Positions 57,461-64,000 of a DNA stretch of 64,000 nucleotides are shown in pieces. The notes beneath the pieces are model-generated. The model searched no databases and was not told the DNA's origin. It saw only the letters and a program-made list of their open reading frames with translations. The translations under genes and the position numbers were made by a program. How positions within the stretch are numbered: position 1 is the first letter of the stretch; every line of letters starts with the position of its first letter. Source of the DNA: Candidatus Aenigmatarchaeota archaeon (GTDB lineage: Archaea; Aenigmatarchaeota; Aenigmatarchaeia; QMZP01; QMZT01); assembly GCA_026397315.1 (NCBI GenBank), contig JAPLVC010000007.1:102378-166377 (forward strand), read 5' to 3'.

Positions 57461-58625
57461 TTGAAGAGACATTTCTTCACTTCGGAATCAGTAACCGAAG
57501 GGCATCCCTGACAAATTGTGTGACCAGATATCGGATGCTGTACTCGATGCGATATATAAGAAAGACCCTAACGCAAGGGTCGCATGCGAATGCGGAACAA
57601 AAAACGGAGGTGTGATGGTTTTCGGTGAGATAACCACGTCTACCTATATAGACATTCCTCTTGTCGTCAGGGAAACTATAAAAGACATAGGATATACGAA
57701 ATCCGAATACGGTATAGAACATGAAACTTGCACCGTATGGGTCCAGATAACTGAGCAGAGCCCGGACATCGATCAGGGCGTCTCGGAAAACAAGGGCACG
57801 CACAAGGAACAGGGAGCAGGCGACCAGGGCATGATGTTCGGCTACGCGTGTGACGAAACGCCGGAGCTAATGCCGCTTCCTATAACACTGGCACACAAGC
57901 TCGCCATGCGCATGGCCGAGGCCAGGAAGAAAGGCGAGATAAAATGGATGCGACCAGACGGCAAGACGCAGGTTACCATAGAATACGACGAGCAAGGCAA
58001 GCCGCTTAGGGCGGATACTATTGTAATAGCCACGCAGCACGACGAAGATGTGAGCCATGACACGATAAAAAAAGAAGTGATAGAGAAAATAATAAAACCC
58101 GTTTGCGGAAAATGGCTTGACAGTGAAACCAAATTCCACATAAACGCAACGGGTGCATTCGTGCGCGGCGGGCCATACGCGGACGCAGGCGTGACCGGAA
58201 GGAAAATAATCGTCGATACATACGGCGGCATCGGACGTCACGGCGGCGGCGCTTTCTCAGGCAAGGACCCGTCTAAAGTCGACCGCTCTGCAGCCTACAT
58301 GGCCAGATACATTGCGAAGAACATAGTCGCCGCTGGAATCGCGAATAAATGCGAGATTCAGCTTGCATACGCAATAGGTTATCCGGAACCTGTCTCGATC
58401 TATGTCGACACGTTCGGTACCGGTAAGATACCTGACGAGGAAATATGCACGCTCGTGAGAAAACATTTCCCTCTGAAGCCTGCTGGTATAATAGAATATC
58501 TTAAGCTCAGGAGGCCGATATACAGGAAGACGGCCGCATACGGCCACTTCGGCAGGAACGACCCTGACTTCACGTGGGAGAAAACGGACAAGGCGGCAGA
58601 ACTCAAGAAGGATGCTGGCCTTTGA
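57461..58625 (+). CDS. metK: S-adenosylmethionine synthetase (bacterial/eukaryal type) encoded in two frames joined by +1 at CCC-TGA (57506-57511)
   Basis: SD GGAGGTG then TTG 57461 gives [16 protein letters not shown]. The +1 frame continues [13 protein letters not shown]...GAGDQG...[11 protein letters not shown]...[16 protein letters not shown] with no other lesion. Confidence 0.93.
57497..57512 (+). promoter_or_regulatory. Candidate programmed +1 frameshift cassette GAAGGG-CAT-CCC-TGA-C
   Basis: Same layout as prfB AGGGGG-UAU-CUU-UGA-C. A CCC to CCU slip is synonymous (Pro). Confidence 0.5.
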
Positions 58626-58703
58626 TTTTCACACCTTTGTTTTAATTTTTATTTTCTACACTGTCAGAGGAAAGTTTAAAAATTAGGCATGCGAATAAAT
58701 CGT

Positions 58704-59600
58704 ATGGAAGAAAAGATTCTTGAAAATTACATAAAAGCCGGCAGGATATCCGGCCAGATAAAAGCGGAAGTCCTGCAGACGATAAAACCCGGCATGAAGA
58801 TTCTCGAATTAGCGGAGTTCATAGAGAAGCGCACTCTCGATCTGGGCGGCAAGCCCGCGTTCCCTGTTAACATCGGCATAAACGACATCACTGCACATTA
58901 CACGCCAAAGGCGGATGATGCGACCGTCATAAAGGCCGGCGATTTAATCAAGATAGACCACGGAGTCCACGTGGACGGCTGGGTGGCAGACATGGCTTAC
59001 ACATATTGCACGGATAAGAACGAGATGATAAAAGCCGTGGAGCACGCTCTCAATGAAGGCATTAAAGCCATAAGGCCGGGCGTTAAAATCTCCGAGGTAA
59101 GCCGGGCAATAAACGACGCCGTCACTTCAGCGGGGTTTGGCGTTGTGGTGAATCTCACGGGCCACGGGCTCGGCCAGTATGTGATACACGGGCCGCCGAC
59201 GATTCCCAATGTCAAAAACGAATCTGCCGATGTTTTGAAAGAAGGCGACGTCATTGCGCTGGAGCCTTTCGTGTGCGAGAAGAACGGCTATGTAAAAGAA
59301 TCCGAGCCTTACGAGATTTATTCTTTCATGCAGCCTAAGCCCGTCCGCCTTCCTGAGGCGAGAGTGATTCTCGACACAGCAGGCAACGAATACATGGGTA
59401 TGCCTTTCTGCAAGAGATGGCTCGTGAAAAAAGGCATTTCACCTTTCAAGATTTCCTTCGCCCTCAGGCAGCTTGAAACAAATGAGGCACTCAAAAGTTA
59501 TCCTGTTCTCAAGGAAAGAAGCGGCATGAAAGTGGCGCAGGCAGAGCATACGATAGTGGTCGCTGAAAAGCCCAGCGTGATAACCAGGGCACCGGAATAG
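58704..59600 (+). CDS. map: Type II methionine aminopeptidase
   Basis: PAFPVN, AHYTP, KIDHGVHVDG, NLTGHG, ALEPF and AQAEHT motifs. Confidence 0.95.
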   Translation: MEEKILENYIKAGRISGQIKAEVLQTIKPGMKILELAEFIEKRTLDLGGKPAFPVNIGINDITAHYTPKADDATVIKAGDLIKIDHGVHVDGWVADMAYTYCTDKNEMIKAVEHALNEGIKAIRPGVKISEVSRAINDAVTSAGFGVVVNLTGHGLGQYVIHGPPTIPNVKNESADVLKEGDVIALEPFVCEKNGYVKESEPYEIYSFMQPKPVRLPEARVILDTAGNEYMGMPFCKRWLVKKGISPFKISFALRQLETNEALKSYPVLKERSGMKVAQAEHTIVVAEKPSVITRAPE

Positions 59601-59706
59601 ACGGTTACTATATTACTAATATAAATAATTGGTTAGACAATTAATTATTGGGTGTGTCTGTAAAAGCGTAACCTACAGTTTTAAAAGGGACATACGTAGG
59701 CCACGT

Positions 59707-62700
59707 ATGCATAAGAAAATCATAAGGGATACTGTTTACTATTATACCAGCGTTCGCGAGAACGGCAGGATAAAGACTATTTATCTGGGGCGCACGGAAG
59801 AAGAGGCGCTAAGAAAGGAAGGCGAGCTTAAAAAAACAAAGGCCGCCGGGACGCTGCCCGCGGATAATACCCGGGCTCCTTTGGCCAGAAAAGCTCCCGC
59901 CTACAGGTTGCCACTGTATTTCGCAGTCGTTTTTTTCATAATTATCGGCCTGCTTTTCATCAGGGGCACATACGTAGGTTACGTTTCTCTTACCGGTCCG
60001 GAGAAGTTCATGCCCCTGGACATGATTAACGGCTCGATAGCAATGACTCTGAAGAGCGGCGAATTCTATCCGATGGATGCCATAATAGAAGCCGGCATAG
60101 GAAACGACGTCAAAAAAATGCAGCTATATCCTCTTGTTGAGCAATACGCCGCCGGCACAGAGAGTGGCAGCGGGGATTACCTGATAATGGGCTCTAACAT
60201 ATCAGGCTCCGGGGACGGTTTCGGCATCGCTTCGGGAAACGAAAACGACGTAGACTTCTCAATACCGGTGGAGGACTTCGGCATAAGCGCCCCTGAAGAG
60301 CCCGGAGACTATGTGTTCGTCGTCAGGCTGCTTTACAACCAGACCATAATATCTGACGCTGAGAAAAACATAACCGTTGCCGAGGCTGACAGCGCGGCAG
60401 AGCCGGAAATGCTCCCGGATGCGCAGCCCGGGATAGAAACGCCTGAAATAGACGTGAAGATTCCCAAAATAAACGTTTCTTTCTACTGCGACGCCGACTC
60501 CGACGGCTATTACAGCAGGAGAATCAGCATTACATGCGAAAAGGTCAAATGCGTCAAGGAGCACGCTTCAATATGCTCGCTGGAGCGGGGCGACGACTGC
60601 GATGACAGTAAACCTGAAGTCAAGCCGGGAGCGGAAGAAATATGCGAGAACCTGATCGACGACGACTGCGACGGCTTCGACAAAGCCTGCACGACACTCA
60701 CAGAAACAATAAGCAGGGATGACATAGACTTCGTCAGCAAAGAACTCGTAAATGAAATAGAGAACCTGAAAAAGGTGAGGGTCAGGATTAAGCTAAAGGA
60801 TTCTTACGTCACGGGCAAAGAGCCCTCGGAGATAGCAGAAACGTTCAAGTCCGCCATCAAGGTAAAGAACTATGTCTCATCTTCAATGAACGAGCTTGAA
60901 ATCATCGTAATTCTCAGGGACCACAAAGAAGACATAGAAGCGATGGAAGTGGACCATCGCCTGAATCTGTTCCTGGAGGAAGCCGTAAATGCCACTGGAG
61001 TCACGATGGTATGGGATGCGAACGTGACAGGCAAGGGGCAGACAGTCTGCATAGTGGACAGCGGCATAGATTACAACCACCCGAACCTTTCAGCCAGCTA
61101 CATCGGAGGCTATAACTTTATAGGCAGCAACTCCAGCGACCCCATGGACGACCTGGGCCACGGGACTTATGTCGCCGGCATCGTCGCGGGCATAGCTAAA
61201 GACGCAAAGATAGTCGCGGCCAAGGTTTTCGGGGAGGATGGTTCCGGATACGAATCCGACATCCTGGCGGGCATCGACTACTGCATAAGGAACAAGGACA
61301 CGTATAACATTTCAGTAATACTGATGGCATTCGGCGGCGGCATATACAATACATCATGCTATTGCGATTCAAACATCATAGCCAACGAGTCCAATTTCGC
61401 CGCTTCGCGGGGCATACTCCCTGTAGCAGCATCGGGCAACGACGGCCTGGCGTATCTCAAAGCCCCGGCGTGCGGGACCAGCGTCACATCCGTCGGCGCG
61501 ACAGATGATTACGATGATGTGGCAAACTTCACCAACATAGAGCCGTTGCTCGACCTGCTCGCGCCCGGCGTGAACGTGACGTCGCCGAAAATGGGCGGCG
61601 GATACGAGACGAGAAGCGGCACGTCCGCTTCAGCCGCGGTGGTGGCAGGCATAGCGGCGCTTCTCAAGGAAAATGATAACCTCGCTCCGCCGGACATGCA
61701 ATACGTGCTGAGGAGCACAGGAGTAATGATAAGCCACAACGGGACTGCTTACCCGCGCATAGACGCTTACGCAGCTTTCACCAACAGCACGACCAACGAG
61801 CCGGCAATACACGAGGGCACGCAGTGCGAAAGCGAGTGGGAAGAATACGAACCGGCATCTATCGAGTGCGACATAAGCTGCGCCCCGTGCAATACCGGCT
61901 GCGATAATAAGTGTTATGTGGAAGGATGCTCCGTTACTGAGAATACTTGTGCGATTTGCTATACATGGGGGGAATACCGTTGTGACACGAGTTACTGCGG
62001 CGCGACCTGCGACGTTGTCAGCGGCTGCCCGGATACGTGCGTACTCAACACGCTTTACACGGGCAGGACGTGCAACACGGCATGTTCCAGCTGCAGCTGC
62101 TCCGCTGGTTCGGCAACCGACTGCCTGACGCTGTGCGCGGACGGCTGCGTAGAATACACCGGATGTTCGGGAGGGGTGTGCACATACTCAGGTGGTGACT
62201 GCGGCTCTTATACGTGCTCGGGAGGGGCGTGCACGTCAACGTGCAGTCAGGCTTGCGGCGCCGCGTGCGACGCGGACAACGACTGCACCAGCGACTACTG
62301 CGCCGGCACCTGCGGCACCGGAGCGGACAGCTGCGCGTGGAGGGATTATTATTGCACGGCTGCCTGCGCATGTACTTATGACGGATACGATGCCGACACG
62401 ACTACTGGCAGGTGCACGGGATGCAGCCAGAACTGGAACACCGGCGGCAGCGGCGACTGCACCGGCGAAAGCGGCTGCACGACGGCCTGCTGCGGCGACG
62501 ACTCGGGCGAGAAATACAGGTACTGCCAGGCAGCTTCCGGTTTCCCTGACGCAGGAGATTGCATAGCAGGCGATAATACATGCTGCGATTTGTCAACTGA
62601 TTGTGTGACTACGGATGGGAATACCTGCGTCACGAGCGGGAGCACGGCCACCGACGGCGACGGGGACGGCAACAACGACTACTGCCTCTCCGGGACGTGG

Positions 62701-63156
62701 TATGACTGCAGCACGGATCCACAATGCGCAACGGGATATACGTGCATATCCAACAACTGCGTCGCCAGCGACGTCATAAACGGCGGCACCGGGACGACGT
62801 GCGATGGTTCAAACCCCTGCTTTTACATAAAAGACAGCGGAGGAACCGTCAAGGCGAGGTTTGACGATAACGGATATATTGACATAAAGGGAAGCTACAA
62901 CGCCGGCCAGGGCGGGACCCTGTCCTGCTCGAGCTGTTTTCAGGTCAAAAACTCCGCAGGCACGCTGATGCTGTATGTAGACAGTTCCGGCAACATGTAC
63001 ACGAAGGGGTATTTCTACAAGCAGACGACCCCGGCCCCGTCCGGAGGCGACGACTTCATAATAAAGGATTCGGGGGGGACTGTCGCCGGCTTTATAGACG
63101 GGGCGACCGGAAACCTTTACTTCAAGGGCCAGCTGCATTACAGTTCGAGCTTTTAG
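59707..63156 (+). CDS. Large membrane-anchored S8 subtilase with Cys-rich stalk
   Basis: Basic N-terminal domain, TM, MopE-like motif, catalytic IVDSG / GHGT / ASGN / SGTS, about 300-aa Cys/Thr/Gly-rich region, and three C-terminal F.(I/V)K(D/N)S.G repeats. Confidence 0.85.
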   Translation: MHKKIIRDTVYYYTSVRENGRIKTIYLGRTEEEALRKEGELKKTKAAGTLPADNTRAPLARKAPAYRLPLYFAVVFFIIIGLLFIRGTYVGYVSLTGPEKFMPLDMINGSIAMTLKSGEFYPMDAIIEAGIGNDVKKMQLYPLVEQYAAGTESGSGDYLIMGSNISGSGDGFGIASGNENDVDFSIPVEDFGISAPEEPGDYVFVVRLLYNQTIISDAEKNITVAEADSAAEPEMLPDAQPGIETPEIDVKIPKINVSFYCDADSDGYYSRRISITCEKVKCVKEHASICSLERGDDCDDSKPEVKPGAEEICENLIDDDCDGFDKACTTLTETISRDDIDFVSKELVNEIENLKKVRVRIKLKDSYVTGKEPSEIAETFKSAIKVKNYVSSSMNELEIIVILRDHKEDIEAMEVDHRLNLFLEEAVNATGVTMVWDANVTGKGQTVCIVDSGIDYNHPNLSASYIGGYNFIGSNSSDPMDDLGHGTYVAGIVAGIAKDAKIVAAKVFGEDGSGYESDILAGIDYCIRNKDTYNISVILMAFGGGIYNTSCYCDSNIIANESNFAASRGILPVAASGNDGLAYLKAPACGTSVTSVGATDDYDDVANFTNIEPLLDLLAPGVNVTSPKMGGGYETRSGTSASAAVVAGIAALLKENDNLAPPDMQYVLRSTGVMISHNGTAYPRIDAYAAFTNSTTNEPAIHEGTQCESEWEEYEPASIECDISCAPCNTGCDNKCYVEGCSVTENTCAICYTWGEYRCDTSYCGATCDVVSGCPDTCVLNTLYTGRTCNTACSSCSCSAGSATDCLTLCADGCVEYTGCSGGVCTYSGGDCGSYTCSGGACTSTCSQACGAACDADNDCTSDYCAGTCGTGADSCAWRDYYCTAACACTYDGYDADTTTGRCTGCSQNWNTGGSGDCTGESGCTTACCGDDSGEKYRYCQAASGFPDAGDCIAGDNTCCDLSTDCVTTDGNTCVTSGSTATDGDGDGNNDYCLSGTWYDCSTDPQCATGYTCISNNCVASDVINGGTGTTCDGSNPCFYIKDSGGTVKARFDDNGYIDIKGSYNAGQGGTLSCSSCFQVKNSAGTLMLYVDSSGNMYTKGYFYKQTTPAPSGGDDFIIKDSGGTVAGFIDGATGNLYFKGQLHYSSSF

Positions 63157-63220
63157 GTGATTATGACGAAACGCATGCTTACGGAAAATCATGCTGAGAA
63201 GTTTACAGGGGGTGAAGAAC

Positions 63221-64000
63221 ATGGGCTTGAAGGGAAAGTCCATAGAACATAAGTCCGGAGGTAAACCGATAAATGCCTACGTGACTGGAGGATTTTCCAA
63301 GCTCACAACGCGACCAGTTCTAGCGGTAGCTCTGTCGCTCATATTCTTCGCCTTCGTGGCAATCGCCCTAGCTCCGTTTGCCAGCGCAGCAGACCCCGGC
63401 CACCCGGCATCAAGCGTCTCGGCAGGCACGTTCGAATCCGGCGACTTCGTGTTCCCCCAGAACCTTACGATAAACAAGTTTTTCGCCGTCAACGGCACGA
63501 CGCTGTTCGTGGACGCGGTGAACGCGAGGGTAGGCATCGGGACGACGAGTCCGGGGAGCAAACTTTCCATATGGGAAGCTGACGGTTCTACTGCAACACT
63601 ATCAATCAGAGGAGGCAATAGCAGTGTTAGTGCTGTGGGCGAAGTTCATTCTAAAATAGATTTGGAACAACGCGATGCTTCTGTAACTGGTTATATTGCC
63701 GGGCGAATTGCGGCAATAAACGAATACAGTAATGGCGCTTACGCTGGATTGGGCTTTTATACCGCTAAACAGGGTAGGACACCAGAGTTGCAAGAAGCAG
63801 TGAGAATCAATTACGACGGCAAAGTCGGCATCGGGACGACGACCCCGACCCAGAAGCTTGACGTGGCGGGGACGATGAACGTGTCGAATATAACTCTCAA
63901 GGCCAACTGCGCGGACGGCGAGGTATTGAAGTGGGCCAGCGGCGTGGGGACGTGCGGGACGGATACTGGCGTCGGGTCGGAAAGCGATCCGATATGGGCG
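63221..64000 (+). CDS. Surface adhesin/tail-fibre-like protein with VGIGTT.P repeats (partial)
   Basis: Hand translation: MGLKGKS...hydrophobic signal/TM...ADPGHPASSVSAGTF...RVGIGTTSPGSKL...KVGIGTTTPTQKLDV. Open to the window end. Confidence 0.75.
   Translation, partial: MGLKGKSIEHKSGGKPINAYVTGGFSKLTTRPVLAVALSLIFFAFVAIALAPFASAADPGHPASSVSAGTFESGDFVFPQNLTINKFFAVNGTTLFVDAVNARVGIGTTSPGSKLSIWEADGSTATLSIRGGNSSVSAVGEVHSKIDLEQRDASVTGYIAGRIAAINEYSNGAYAGLGFYTAKQGRTPELQEAVRINYDGKVGIGTTTPTQKLDVAGTMNVSNITLKANCADGEVLKWASGVGTCGTDTGVGSESDPIWA

Noticed and set aside
56631-57509. The LAGLIDADG region as an intron or intein within metK
   Set aside because: No intein Cys/Ser start or His-Asn end, the ORF has its own stop, and no convincing BHB or group I core was seen. 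Splicing would also yield a degenerate N-terminus although a good one exists downstream.
57516-58625. ORF-track start of metK at TTG 57516
   Set aside because: It would omit the FTSESV-EGHPD catalytic segment, which is present upstream in another frame with a good SD.

Overview
This is a gene-dense archaeal chromosomal window. It contains an exosome/proteasome superoperon, RpoP, RpoK, aEF-1alpha, FttA and BHB-type tRNA introns. The ORFan and surface-protein content looks DPANN-like, possibly Aenigmarchaeota; that placement is inference only. It carries most of a de novo purine cluster (tandem PurS, purL, purQ, purE, purC, purB, purM), gltX, valS, tuf, nadE, nadC, eno, several r-protein genes, mnhEFG, ftsY, lhr, metK, map and two large surface proteins. 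Most notable observations: (1) A bacterial-type metK is broken at codon 16 by GAA-GGG-CAT-CCC-TGA-C, which resembles the prfB +1 frameshift cassette. A Pro-to-Pro +1 slip exactly restores the catalytic EGHPDK motif, so this could be a SAM-responsive recoding switch, though a 1-nt assembly error is not excluded. (2) A LAGLIDADG endonuclease sits directly upstream of metK and appears to carry a decayed copy of the metK 5' end. A parallel HTH-nuclease insertion seems to have overwritten the 3' end of purE. (3) Two tRNA genes have non-canonical D-loop introns built from a small palindromic repeat that also occurs free in intergenic DNA (31/32 identical copy). No rRNA, CRISPR array or recognisable transposase was seen.
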